A stretch of DNA of 54,457 bases, filler included, from Sluysia triapertura (Eukaryota), in NCBI GenBank assembly GCA_046118255.1. It is 4 parts of 4 records of this genome, joined end to end, with 100 filler letters (N's around TTAATTAATTAA, not from the genome) between each part and the next. Parts side by side here need not be neighbours in the genome. Positions count along the whole stretch, not along the records: positions 27,058 to 41,961 come from JBJNIA010244654.1; positions 42,062 to 54,457 come from JBJNIA010099214.1; 2 more parts are not named here. One strand, 5' to 3'. A model generated the notes under the pieces. That model made no database searches. It worked only from the letters and a program-made list of their open reading frames with translations, and had not been told where the DNA came from. Below are positions 38,133-51,734 of this stretch, piece by piece; position 1 is the stretch's first letter, and the number at the start of each line of letters is the position of its first letter. The position numbers were made by a program, and so were the translations under genes.

Positions 38133-39949
38133 GTTTGTATCATATTTAAATTGAACATTGATATAGTAAAGTTAATAATTGTATTATTTTGTAAAACTTT
38201 CGTAAAATTAAATGTGATCATAATGAATCAAAATTTTGTAAATTTTGAAAATAATTTTAAAACTAAATCAAATCTGGCATCATAGACTAGAATTTTCCCT
38301 AGTACGTAACCGCGCAAACTTATTCAAACTAGTGAACATTTGTTATCGAAGTTGAATTTGTGACAATATTTTTTTGAATATTAAATTGTTTACTGTACTT
38401 TTTCTAAATTCAATAGTCTGCATATAATGGTAGGAAAGTTTTGTGACTCACCTTATCTTATTAAATTTATGAATCAATATTTTAAAATTTTCAATAAAGT
38501 ATAAATTGTTTTATTTAATGAGATTTTGAGATTGTTTTGATTTTAATGGTTCCTTAATTTGTAGTTTTGTTATTGACGAAACATATTTAAATCGTCTTGC
38601 TTTAAAAAAATTTGGCGATCCTAAGATCGAGGTCATTTTCGAATAGAGAATACAAAGTTTGTATTAAAGTGGTTATTGTTCACTAGACGAATGTCAAATT
38701 AGTCCACTATTTTATAAAATAAATGTAAGTGAAGTTATCAACATCTAGTGAACGGTATTGTCATAGAATTGATCTCGTTATTGTGCCATTTTCTTTGACG
38801 TTTTATTTGCGTATCATTATTATTGTCGTTTATGGTGCTATTAATTTATCAATATTAATGTTATTGTTATTGACATTATTGTGACTAATGTGTTTCTCAT
38901 GTTTATTTCGTCGAAAGGTATTCAAACCCTTTTATATCAATAAGCATACGTCCAATTTGGCATTATTTATGTTACAAGTCTGTAATTAAATTAATAACTT
39001 AATTTAAAGACAATTACTCTTTTAATACTTTAATATATTTAACACTTTTCTGTTACGTTTTTAAAACTACTTATTGCTTAACAATTTAAAACTAAGTACA
39101 AGCAATTAAAAGTGGCCTAAAATGCGATTCACATCAATATAAATACAGTTTAGCTTGTAATTAACATTTATACTTGAATAATATTTTGTAATAAAGATGT
39201 ATATAGATATGCAACTTTTATTGACACCTATCTAGTGTGGACTGAAATAATTGTAAAAACATGTTTATCCATTAAATATTTATCTTATACTCATACAAGT
39301 GACCTTAGTAGTCGTGGGTTAAAAGATCAATAGATTAAAACTTACTTTTCCTTCAATGAAGTTGGTTATCTTAAGTGAAATTTTGAAATGTGTGTTAATC
39401 TTAACAATATTAATGTTTTCTTTCGATAACAGAATATTTAATTTATAATACAATTTCTTCATATCTTCCGATTTAAAGCTAAATTTAATATTGTTTTTAA
39501 ATAATTAATGTTTACACGAATAAGCCTTTTAATAAATTGTAGTTTTTAAGTTTGATAATAACGAGTCATAAAGACTAATATGAACAATCGATAAATCTTT
39601 GAACATACATTTGGCTAATTTTGATTATTATTACGTTTTAATATTTATGTTTTATGAATGTTTTCTTAAATTTTGCAAATAGTATGATCTTGTATAATTG
39701 TATGATTTCTCTAAAATTATGAAATAACTATATTTAGAATGGTAAAATATTCTAAGTATTCTATGTAAAATGAGAATATTCAAATTTTACGCTTATTTAA
39801 TTGTGTTAATATGTTCACTGCCAATGCATCATATATGAATAATGAATGTGAATACTGAAATAATGAAAAAGCTGCACAGACTTCATATTACAAAAGTAAT
39901 CATTATATAGAAAAGTAATTCCAAAAGAATAAATCCATATGCTGAAGTA

Positions 39950-40910
39950 CCAAGACTTTATTATCTGTCAGATTTTAAAAACTATCAGGTATATGATAAG
40001 CTTATGATCGAATTGAATTAAATGATTAAAAACGTTTTACAATCTTGGAATTGCATTAAATAGTCTGGGAACAAACAATGACCTCTTAATGAGAACTTGG
40101 AAGTAAGGATATTAAGAAACATTTCGTAATACGTGAAACAAATTTGCAGTTGAAAATATAATTAGGAATAAATTCATGAAAGATGATGAAAATAAGATTA
40201 GAATCGTGATTATTACCGAAGATTAATCATTTAAAAACCCATTACATAATGCTAAATAAATGTCTGATCGATTTGATATAACGTATAAAATTAAAACGTT
40301 TTTTTGAATCCCAAGGTTATTTTAAAAGTAAAAGACGGAATAAAATTAAAAATATAATACAAGAAACTTGCTACTTGTAGAGAATATTACGAATAAGATA
40401 GTAGCACTAAAGCAATAAAAATGTCTGATTTTATTAAAATAGAAATGAAAAAACGAAAATTAGAAAGTATAAAATGATTGCATATGAATGTAATAATGAA
40501 TAATAATAATATGACCAAACTAATATTCTAGATTATTTATGTATAGTTAAATCAGCTACAATACATGTATTAGAATCATGATATTAACTGTAGAATGAGA
40601 TTGGCCTTACAATAGAAATTAATTATCAAAGGAATTAACCAGAGAAGAGTTACGGAATGAAATAAAGTATTGGGCATATTACAATATCAATAGAAAACAT
40701 TTTATAAAGACGTATTTTTAAGATAAAAACTAGGGAGATAAAATAACGTCCAAGTTTATTTGAATTGGATAAATTTGGTAACTGGTAAATTTGAGTCACT
40801 ATTTGATTTGTTAAATTTTAGCGACTAATGATGAGAATATTATTATACATTATTATTTGATTTGATTAATTCTAATAGTTATTTGGTTTGGAGGTTCCTA
40901 ATAATTATCT
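39950..40910 (+). mobile_element. Highly decayed L1/Tx1-like LINE ORF2 remnant
   Basis: Only scattered motifs in the expected order: AYDRIE (~40000), IKY(fs)LGI (~40662), GLEVPN (~40885); A-rich strand. Confidence 0.35.
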
Positions 40911-41887
40911 AGATGGGTTTAGCCTTTGATTAACTCCAATAACAAATCAATGGGACTTTCCAATAATAATTATTATTTTAAAGTAAGATTCAATAAAGAC
41001 AATATGAAATTAAAATTTATAAATACTAAATCTTACTATTATAGTTAAGAAATTATCTTAAAATAAGAATTAATAATAACAGTATGAAATCAAACGTTAA
41101 CACCATAAAACTCTATCAAAATTATATTAAAACATGATTCAGGATATTATTAAATCATATTAAATTTAGATTGAATAGAATTATTATATAATTGAAAATA
41201 AATAACATTACTCTCGAACAAAATTAACTTAAAGTGTAATTTAAAAGCATTATAATCGAATAAACTCATTTTAAACTAAGAATTAATAACAGTAATATAA
41301 TCATCGTTTAATAAAACATTATATTAATCGAGATTAGATATAAATCATTTTTAATATTATAAATTGATTAGCTGGAAATAGTTATTATTTGTGTAATTAT
41401 TTTAATATGATTACAAATTAATATATGCAGTCAACATTATTTGTGTGAATATTATAATAAATGATTTAATAGTAACATATAGTCAATATTTATTCGTATA
41501 ATTTCATCATATAATCGCACAATTAATGGTTTTGTGTAATTCATTGTGTTATTGATAATAATTTCGGTTTTAATAATTAAAATTAGTATAAATTTACAGT
41601 ATAATTAATCCGAAATATACCTTGAATCATAAAATTAAATCCCCGTAATACTTACATTAAAGTAATTGTATTATAACGATAAAATATTACAACCGAAATA
41701 AAATTATCATTCTTTATTGAAAATACATAATTTTGATAAATTTAGCAAGGTTTTACCAAAGTAAAACAAAGTATATTTAATAAATAATAAAAATATTACA
41801 ATACTTAACACTAATTAAAAATTAACACTAATTAATATCTGTAAAACTAAGAAATATGCGCAAAACGTAAATTGTAATTTTAATATA

Positions 41888-41961
41888 CAGTCGGACCCCG
41901 TATAACGCGACCCCCAATTACGCGATTTCGTTATCAATATATGTTTGTTAATTCTTTTTTC
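41888..41961 (+). mobile_element. End of a pogo/Tigger-like element
   Basis: TA|CAGTCGGACCCCGTATAACGCG with a repeated ACGCG site; runs into the contig end. Confidence 0.6.
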
Positions 41962-42061
41962 NNNNNNNNNNNNNNNNNNNNNNNNNNNNNNNNNNNNNNN
42001 NNNNNTTAATTAATTAANNNNNNNNNNNNNNNNNNNNNNNNNNNNNNNNNNNNNNNNNNNN
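41962..42061. other. Artificial contig linker
   Basis: N44-TTAATTAATTAA-N44. Confidence 0.97.
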
Positions 42062-42716
42062 TACTTCTACTTCTACTATTACGACTACCACTACTGCTGT
42101 AAGCATGAAATTCACAACATCGGCATTTTATCGAGGGATTTGACTGTCTGAATCTTGTTCCGATCTCTGTCAATGATTATTTACATCCAAATTGTACAGT
42201 GTGCTGGATAGGTTGAACTTGAGATATTCATTACACACTTTTAGTGGTAAAAATTTTTTTGTTATAGTTTTTCCAGGATTTATCTTTCTGATGTGAATAT
42301 GTGCCTGTCAGGTCTGTATAGAGCCATTCAATTTGTCCTTAAAGACAAAGATGATTTTAAATTTTATATTTCCTCATACCATTGTGACTCTAGTTAATTT
42401 AACAAGCTTTCCCTCGTCAATTTCAGATAATTCACTCTAGACCTAGTTCTAAACATCTGGACGGCATCAGCTTGTTACTATGTGTATGTATTATTTTCAC
42501 ATAAATCAACTCAAAAATCATATCTAATAAGTGCCCTAAGTGCAACTTAATTTACTGTTCGAGTGAGAAATGTGTTAATTTCAAAGTAAATATTAAATAA
42601 ATTATGCGAAAAGATTATTGAAGTAGTGCTGATAAAATATTAATGTGGTATTATCACTACTACTATTATTATTATTACTACTATTTAAAAATAAGTAACA
42701 TATTCACTGTGTGCAG

Positions 42717-43025
42717 GTATGTTTGTGGGTGCACTATGTGCAGTAACTGGGGTACTAACTATTTCGCTTCCTGTTCCGGTAATTGTGTCGAATTTTTCTA
42801 TGTTTTATTCGCACACGCAAGCTCGCAGCAAGTTGCCTAAGAAACGAAGGCGAGTGTTACCAGTTGAAGCCGTGCGTCCCAAATTAAAGTTGGCGGCTGC
42901 AGCAACAGCCAATCACAGTCGACTTGTTATTAGTCACAGTCCTCAGAGATTGTCCAATCATCAAACGGCCTTGGGTGTTACAGAAAGGCTTTTGTCCAAT
43001 TACAAGAGTCCTGCTATCATAACTG
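42717..43025 (+). CDS. Shaw: Shaw/Kv3 voltage-gated K+ channel exon (S6 and proximal C-terminus)
   Basis: [51 protein letters not shown]. tgcag acceptor; either a G|gttaga donor after 43025 or read-through to the TAG ending at 43030. Confidence 0.92.
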
Positions 43026-44165
43026 GTTAGATTTATTCATCAAATAATTAACCAATACTTTTTATTTCACGTTTCTATTTCAAGGTAGAATATTATTCGA
43101 TATTCGATTAATATTCGATTTATTGGTATTTCGACTACTGAACCATCCACCTAATTATTCTGACAGCAGATTTGAACAACATAATTTAATTAATTAAGAG
43201 CGAATGTACAATCGAAAAGAGATATTATTTCTGTAATTGCTTCAACAAAATATCCATTAATATTCTTTTGCACTTGAATTTCCATCTGTAAGATACATAA
43301 TATGATTTGTATTAATACATAATCCAATTAGATTTAGTACATTATCCTACCATATCGGCCATATTTCCTGAATATCCCTGGGTCTGCGGAGCCTTCTCTT
43401 TGATACATTTAATTTATTTAATACATTTATTTATTTGTAATTTATTTAAGAGTATTACGGAGTGATTGGGTGTGCTGGAGACGTAATGAATTCCGAATTT
43501 GATATTTATTTAATCAAAAAGCGTAACATTGACGTATGATTTGACAATGATTTTCATATTAAAGAAAATCCTGTCATAATTTATGCTGACGATTTTATGA
43601 GGAAATAATGCATTACAAAATGTTATTTTGAAGTCAGACATGTGCTTATTGGAAAATGTAAAGGAACCTACAATATTAAGTTAGTCAAATCAGTCATTTT
43701 TAGAAGATTTAGAACTTGACAAGTCATATCTATTTATTAATTATAGATTACATGGATGAATGTCATTAAAATATAATCCAGTTGATTAGCCATGAATTAG
43801 ATATCGTCTAACATCATTGAGCGAAAAGTCGTGCGTATATACGAGTGGTATTATTGGGGGATAATTGTTTGTGATACCACTTCGCTCTAAATTGATTATA
43901 TTTATTTAATTTTTGGGGACATTACAATTTTGGTTGAGTCCATTTTCATAATTGCGTAGTTTTTATGTTATTAGTGTTCAATAGTTAATTATTTATTTAC
44001 AATTATTTTAACATTTATTTGGGGTATTTAATGTTTATTCGCGATAATTGATTATCTGTTTTATTGTAAAACAGAGAATGTAATTGAAGGTAGATCTTAT
44101 TTTGATTCTCTGAGTTCTGAATTTAAAATTATTCGAAAGTTAAATCAAACTATTTATAAAATGCG

Positions 44166-44280
44166 CATCATTATCATCATATTTTTATTCTTCATCATCA
44201 TTGTCATCATAATCACCATCATCATCATTATCATCATATTTTTAGTCTTCATCATCATTGTCATCATCATCACTATCACC
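44166..44280. repeat. CAT-rich 57-bp tandem duplication
   Basis: CATCATTATCATCATATTTTTA.TCTTCATCATCATTGTCATCAT at 44166 and 44223. Confidence 0.85.
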
Positions 44281-45617
44281 ACTTTCATATCTTTTTGATC
44301 TTATTATTACTTAAACTTACCCTGATCAAAGAATGAGTTATGTTATGAGTTCGCTTACGATTCTAGTCTTACAAGAAGTGGCTTGGTATGATTTTAAAAG
44401 AATCTATTTCTTTCATGCAAGTTCCAAGGTTATTTTGAGGAATGCATTGAAAATTAAAGAATGGTTCCGCCTTAGGCGAGTTTAATAAAATTTAACTTAC
44501 ATAATAATAGGATTGTTTTCCGCTTTATAGCGAGATTATTAATAAAAAGTTAAACTGAACCGTTGAAAAGCTTCATTTTATAGTTCGGTATTATGCACGA
44601 AATGTTTAGAATGTTTTTAATGTGTTGAAGCCGTGTAATTTAGATTTTGATAGTACTTTCGATTCAAATCAAAGGGATCGATAAAATGTAAATCACAAAT
44701 TTAAGACAAAAAATTATATTATGATAACCTAACAGAAATTTAAGACAACGTAACTTATTTAGAAGCAATAATTAAAAAAATTTAATAAATTAAATGTGCA
44801 GTTTACTGAATTATTATTATTAATTTTAATCGGATTTTGAAAGATGAATGGAAACAAATACAAAACTAACGCGTACCGAAGTAAAAATGATCTCTGTAGA
44901 AATAGCCGATGAAAAAGTCTTTTGTTTTTTCTTCGGATATATCGATATTAGAATCTCTTTTATTAATTTACTTCTAGACAATTGCTTTCTAACTTTAAGA
45001 AAACAACTCAGAAATTTTATACTTACCAATAGTTGATTTTCTGTGGCTGTTGATACTCCTTCTTCAAAATTTATTTTATGACTAATAAAAAGAACATTAA
45101 AATTTGTCTAAAATATCAATAAGAATTTTCTTTTAACCTATTAATGTTTTTATTTTTGAATAATTTATAAATAATTTAAAATAATTTATTTTATGATATT
45201 TTATTAATGTGATTATGAGTTGATTGCTTTTAGAAGATTTTATTTGATTTTAAAACTTGGTAGTGTAAAATTACTTTTTATTAAATGTAAGCAAAATGAT
45301 AAAATGGGAAGTTTGCAGACAGTAAATGAGAATCTGTAGATAAAATAATATTTTATTTATTAAATCGAATTTAAAAAATTCAATGTTTATAAAGTTCGGT
45401 TTGTATATATTGTTTTCTGACAGCCACGTTTCACTATCTGAAAAAGAATCAAAAGTCAAGTATCTTTAATGTAATCGTAAAAAATATTTACCCTATTATT
45501 ACCATTAGTACTGTTGTTATCAAGCATTTCCGGAGTTGGTACACCGATGCTTACGAATAAATCTGAGAGTCTAACGAGATGATCCGTTCGGAAAGCACAG
45601 TTGACTTTATAGTCCAG

Positions 45618-45712
45618 CAATTGATTAACAGTGTGTACATGCACGCATTTAGTTCCGAAGTTTGTACATTCGCATCTTAGTAAACTGTATAAGGACAAAG
45701 TACTGGTTTATT
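45618..45712 (-). pseudogene. CCCH remnant (copy D) downstream of the primase fragment
   Basis: KPVLCPY..(1-nt loss)..EC-TNFGTK-C-VHV-H-TVNQL; first Cys to His spans 65 nt vs 66 nt in copy C. Confidence 0.7.
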
Positions 45713-46319
45713 TGCGACGAACTGAATTAACAGTAACCGATCAAACGGGCATTAAATTCTTGAACATATTATTTGCGTTTTGTTCATTAGGGGAATCGGT
45801 ATAATGATATACTGAGCACTTCTCCAAGCCATTTTTATCTTTATTGTCCTTGTTTAACTCAGATGAGTTAATTGGTGGGGCTTTATTTGGCATTCACTTT
45901 ACTCTTAAATTCATTGTCAGAATCTCAAAAAGTTTAATCTTTTCTATATTCAAGACACAATTTTATTTAGCTATTGCAGCGGCTGCAAAAACTCTCTTAT
46001 ATAGTTTAGAGTAATCATGAATATACTAGTAACTATTGGAGGGAACTTCAAATTTTGATTTAGATCACTCATATTAATACGACTCATTATATCTCTTCTT
46101 ATTCGAAAACTCAGCATCTTTTGAATCATCTCAAATTTATCTTTACTATTTTCAATTAATTCTGTACGAGTTCGCATCATGAATTCATAAAGGGCATCTT
46201 CTTTTAAATTTTCGGGTAATCTTTTAACTTCTAAAGTTGAATGACATTGAGAAAATATTCCAATAGAGTTGTTAAAGCTTAATCTAGTTTTGTTACTGAC
46301 ACTGGTGATGAGAATGAAT

Positions 46320-47007
46320 TAGGTAAAATATCCAAAATATATTTGATTCTTCCAGGATTTTCTAGCATTTTTTAAAAGCAAATCTTTTAAAATTATTTGT
46401 AAATATCGCTATACTAGCTCTTAACATCTTTCCATTTATTATTTATTTTAATTCTATTTTGCCTTGTTTATAACGACTTATAAAACCAACCAGATTACTA
46501 CACTAATTGACATAATAACTTTACCACATCATCAAAAGCCTCTTCTTCCAGAAAACACCCACCAAATATGTTTGAAATCAAAGTCTTCAGTTAGAATACG
46601 ATGCAGTTATTCCTGCAGTTATCAAAGTCTAACTATTTTTTTTACAAACATCTGCCTTTGAGCAACAATTTCGAAAATCATCATAATCTTTTATGTGAAT
46701 AGCAAACACTAAATCTTTAGAAACCGGCTGAAGTAAATAAGACAAATGATTTATTGGTATTGGGAGGCATGATAAAAATGATACCAATGTCAATTTTATA
46801 CGGATTCTTTTTAATCAACTCGGTTTTTAATTCATTTGCATTACGAAACGACAAATAACATACATAAATATTATCCTTCAATGTAAAACTAAATTCTCGT
46901 TTAGCAAAATTCTCCTCATTATTTTTAGATAACCATTTAAAAAATAATTGATATGGAAATACATTAACATAAATATTTCTTAAATTTGCTTTAAATTCTA
47001 ATGTCAT
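46320..47007 (-). pseudogene. PRIM1: DNA primase small (catalytic) subunit, intronless decayed copy of the N-terminal part
   Basis: FPYQLFFKWL...FAKREFSFTLKDNIY.Y.SF....LK.E...KNPYKIDIG, then across stops and frameshifts KDLVF.I..DYDDFRNCCSKADVC and L.EDF.FKH.WWVFSGRRG. Confidence 0.92.
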
Positions 47008-47107
47008 ATATATATATATATATATATTGTCTTTAAAAACATTTTTGGTTTCTAAATATGCTATTAATAAAAATGAATTTAATAGGTTAATTACTATTCT
47101 GACTGTC

Positions 47108-47422
47108 CAGATTGGTTGTTCAACCAGAGTGATGCAAATAATGAAAAGAGCTACTCTGGTTGGTCAACCATTAATACACTGAAAAATGTCTCACATGGAG
47201 AAGCCAACCATTATCTATTATGACAAGAATTTATACATGAAATGATTAAGTGTGTAATGAACTGTCATCAGTCGACAGTTAGTAAAAGAACACCTTATTG
47301 ATTTCGACTGATGGTAGGTTAACAGCAATTAAATTTTTGTGCGCTATAAATACAGCTACCATCAGTGGTGACAATAATTGTAATTGTGAATTAATGGTGT
47401 CTCCACTGGTAGTGGTAGTTAC
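47108..47422 (-). repeat. Paired inverted-repeat module with an extra IR pair
   Basis: TGGTTGTTCAACCAGAGT (47113-30) / ACTCTGGTTGGTCAACCA (47153-70); CATCAGTCGA (47266-75) / TCGACTGATG (47304-13), 28-nt spacer; CCATCAGTGGTGACA / TGTCTCCACTGGTAG (~47359-47412). Lies ~100 bp upstream of the primase ATG. Confidence 0.9.
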
Positions 47423-49042
47423 AAAGTTGGTCGATAGAAATTCTTTAAATAAAAATAATAAAAATAAAAATAATAATAATAATAATAATATTATTATTGA
47501 AAATTTAATTCGCTTAAATCTTTTGATTTGTCTTATTAATAACACGATCTTCCTTAATATGTATATTTCTTTTTCTTAACATATTTATAATATCTTTGTT
47601 TGCTGTAATGTTAGTTCTTTTTCCATTACTATGTCTTAAATTGATTTTATAATGTAACTTTAATATTTTTCGATGATCTATATGATTGAATGTTGAAAAA
47701 TTATGAACTTGAAATGTTTTGGATTAGTTTGGTGTATGTGTATTAATGATTTTGGATGTTAGTATGGTATTGATATAAGATTGTGAACTTAAAATGTATT
47801 GAAAAGAGAGTGGTTTAGTGAATGTAAAGAAGATAAATTATAGTCTAGATTTTGGTACATTCTAAAAATTATGCGATATTGAAAAATATGATTTTGATTA
47901 TGTTGAAATGGAACTATGTATAAAAATGTTTTTAATGCGTTTTAAAAATATACATTGTAGACTTTGAAAGTGAATATGGTTTTGTTGTATTCAAAAGAAA
48001 ATTTTTTAATAAAATTTGTTAAAAGTAATAGGTTAAATGATAAATATATGAAATTAAATTAAATTTTAATCTAAGAAGATTTACGCAATATGAAAAGGGC
48101 AGTTGAGTAACAATCCAGATTATAAATTTAAAGAATGCATGGAATGAAACTGGTACTAAGGCAGTGAGTGAATATTTATAGTAATGTTTGAGGTAACAAA
48201 ATTGTTAAAAATAATAAATTGTTAAATCGAAGAAATGTTTCTTTTCAATAATTCAAACAAAACCACGTAAATTTAAATATCGTTCAAACGTACAGGAGCC
48301 GTATACAGCGATGTTAGTTTTAAAATAAGTAATGTTTATAGTGCAAAAATTGACTGGAACATCGGTCTTTAAACATCGGTCAAATTTTGCCTAAGTGGCC
48401 AACGCTGATATTTCAGCTCTAGGTCAGAACAATGATTAGAAATTATTTTATTAGAAAATGATTTAAAATTATTTTGTAAATAAAATCTTTATGTAAATAA
48501 AATAAACTATTCAACATATTAATTTTGTGAAATAAAATATTAATAAAATAAAATAATAAATTTAAAATTAAATATTGAATTTAATATATTAAAAAATTGT
48601 AATAAATTTAAATTTAAATTTTAAGTATGAATAAATTTAATAAATTAGAAAAGTTTTGTTTTATCGGATCAATTTTTGCCTTATGGCTTTATATTGAAAA
48701 ATTAATATTATTTTTTATATTAACTGAGTATTGCCTATTTCACAAGTGAACAATAAGTTTTAACTTAAAATTAATCACATACGCAATTACACCCACATTA
48801 CAAATTTGTAATGATTATTGAACGCTATTTAACCGAATAAGTAGTAATACCTTCTACTAGTTATAAAAAATCCTAATAATACGTCCTACAGAAATAAATG
48901 TAAATCATGCTTATTAGGCAGACTGACTCTCGGATTATTTTGTAAGTATAAAATTATGTTGAGATTAAGCTTTAATAAAGAAAAACACTTGCAATAATTT
49001 AGAAATTTTGCTATAATATTTTAAATTATTTTAATTAATTAG

Positions 49043-49701
49043 GTAGTTCTAGTATTTGGAGGCTGGACAGATGGCGAAGGTCCTCGGGCAGCTGCCCAAG
49101 TATACGATCCACGAGCTGATAATTGGACGTTATGGACTGAATTTTCTACAGATATTAATTTACTTGGTGAAATACCAAGACGTGTTTATGCCGGTTGTGT
49201 GTTGGTTAATAAACGAGTTTATTTGATTGGTGGATTTGATGGAACAAATGCACTAAAATCAACGTTATGTTATGACTTCGATATTGATTCTGGTTGGTAT
49301 GAAATCAGTTGTATGTATGAAAAACGATACTACGTAAGTGTAGCATATTACAATAAATTCATTTATGCACTTGGTGGACATAATGGTGAAAATCAGGGTC
49401 GCTTAGATACAGCAGAAAGATTTAATTTAGAACAAAATTTATGGCATCCAATTGCATCTATGCGTCGTGTACGTTCTGATGCTTCAGCTGCTGAATTGCG
49501 AGGTAAAATTTACATTTGTGGTGGTTTTGAAGGTCGTCATTATCATGATTCAGCGGAATACTATGATCCTGATATCAATCAATGGACACTAGTAAATCGT
49601 ATGTCGTCACCTAGAGGAGGCGTGAGCTTGGTTCGACATGATAACTATATATACGCAATAGGGGGAAACGATGGACATAGTCGATTAAGATCTATTGAGC
49701 G
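49043..49701 (+). CDS. Kelch-repeat exon, KLHL10-like
   Basis: aattag acceptor, CG|gttagt donor; VLVFGGW...YDPRADNW then GG-type kelch repeats; MYEKRYYVSV and RSDASA motifs resemble KLHL10. Confidence 0.88.
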
Positions 49702-51734
49702 GTTAGTTTTTATATTGTTGAAAAATCTCAGATAAGTTAGAATTATTTTGTTACTCTTTTTGTGAAGTAACAGTTCGAGTAGTCAGAGTAGTGTATAGTG
49801 GTGTTAAAATGTAGAAAATTTTAGTGCATTCGCAGTCTTCAACATAACTTAATTCATGTTGGTAATTTAATTTATCATAGTCTGAAGTGTAATACAAGTT
49901 CATTAAGTCTTTACGTGTCATTCAGATTTTAAATCAGTTTTAAATTGATACCAAATTAATCACACACTTTCAATTATTAATTAAAACAAATTATTTTTTT
50001 CTATTAGTGAATAAATAATAAATAAATACTGTATATCTTTTGAAATTTTGAGATTGTCGTTTATTATGAACTTCTTCAACATAAATCTTATAATTTTAAA
50101 ATGACAAAAGAAAATATTAATTAATTGAATTCTTCATTATCATCTTTATAAGTCAGAATTTGCTACAATGGATAGCAAAATAGGCAATTGTATACAGCAA
50201 AACAATCCAATAAATTATTATTGTAAAATCTTGGGAGTAAAGGAATGTTGACATTAGAACTTTATTTAAATTTTGTTTATGAATTTGAACGTTGATATAA
50301 TTTTTATGGAATATTTTATATGAATTATTATTGAATTATATGGATTATATTTATTTTTATGAGATTTATAAAATTACTTTATGGAATATTTAAAGGTATG
50401 ATTTTTATTATAAATTCTTAGTATAATTTTAAATTTTATTACACAGTGAATTAACGTGATTAATAGAAAATTGAATTAAATTATTTTTAAATTAAAATCT
50501 TAAAAATTAAATTCGTTTAAAATGCAACCAAGGTCAATCAAATCAAATAACACAATTTTGTTCACCAACTCGCAATAAATGTACACATTAATACACATAT
50601 TTTGACAATTGCAAATTTATTATCAGCTCCCTCTCTTTAATAGTTGTTACAAGTCTCTTGGAGCCAATTCGATTTTCTATTGTTTGACAAATTAATTTTT
50701 TTTGATTTAAATATTTTATTTTATTTTGATTTAAAGGATGACGTTAGTTTAATTATTTTAAGATTTGATATATCTATATCGCACGTAAAATCTATTAATC
50801 TATTAAAATCTTTTAAATCATTTTAGGATCCAACGAAAAATATTTCAATAAAATCCTTTATATTATTCATTAACTCAAAGAATTAATTATTGTAATTCTT
50901 ATTACTAGCCATTTGTACACTTCTAAGCAAACGTTTCTAAATAAATCATTCATAGTTAATTTTTGTTTACAATTTACATAGTTTTACATAAAATTTATCG
51001 CTTCGAAAAGATTTCCCAAAGTTAGAATTTAAATCTAACAAAGCAAAATAAATTTATAGATTACATTTCAAGGAATCAAGGAAAAATCACCCAATTAACA
51101 TTATTATTACTTTTGATAAAATAATTCAATTAATATTTCTGACTTACCTCCAGACAGTTAAAAGTATAAATTAGGCATTTTTTGAGCATCATTTGAGACT
51201 TTTTGATTTACAAAATCCAACAGCTGGCCCTACCGGTAAGCCCAGTACGTTGGTGAACTCACATAAAACTATCTCTTTATTCTATTATTTTACTTTAAAT
51301 TACTCACTTTTACACAGGTACATCAAAATTTATTTAGGCAATAATAACAATAATTTAATATGATTGTAGAAAATATAATAATGAAAAAAATAGTAAACCA
51401 AGTTTGCTTGCGGTTTTCCACATTTCAATAGCTTCAAATTTTATAAAGCAATAAGGATGTCCATTATATTTATCTAAACCTTGGTCATAATTGATAAATT
51501 CTGATGCATGTCTATAGCTATTACCAATCCATTTATATTTTTCTTTGAAAATTTTATTATGTTCTTTGCAAATGTATTATTATATTTATCATTTTTATAC
51601 CACTAGAATCCACTGTTATTATTACTATAACAAGAATAGAACATAAGTATAATAAAAATAAATTTCCACATAAATCCTTGTTTGTAAAACAATTTATTGA
51701 TTTTTTCATAATTTTTATTTTTATAATTTCAGAT

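Noticed and set aside
12244-42061. Repeated TTAATTAATTAA palindrome inside N runs
   Set aside because: Identical N44-12mer-N44 construct three times; an assembly linker. Adjacency across these joins carries no biological meaning.
42062-42500. Possible LINE 3' end with an (AGT)n-like tail on the minus strand
   Set aside because: Composition is suggestive but I found no diagnostic protein motif.
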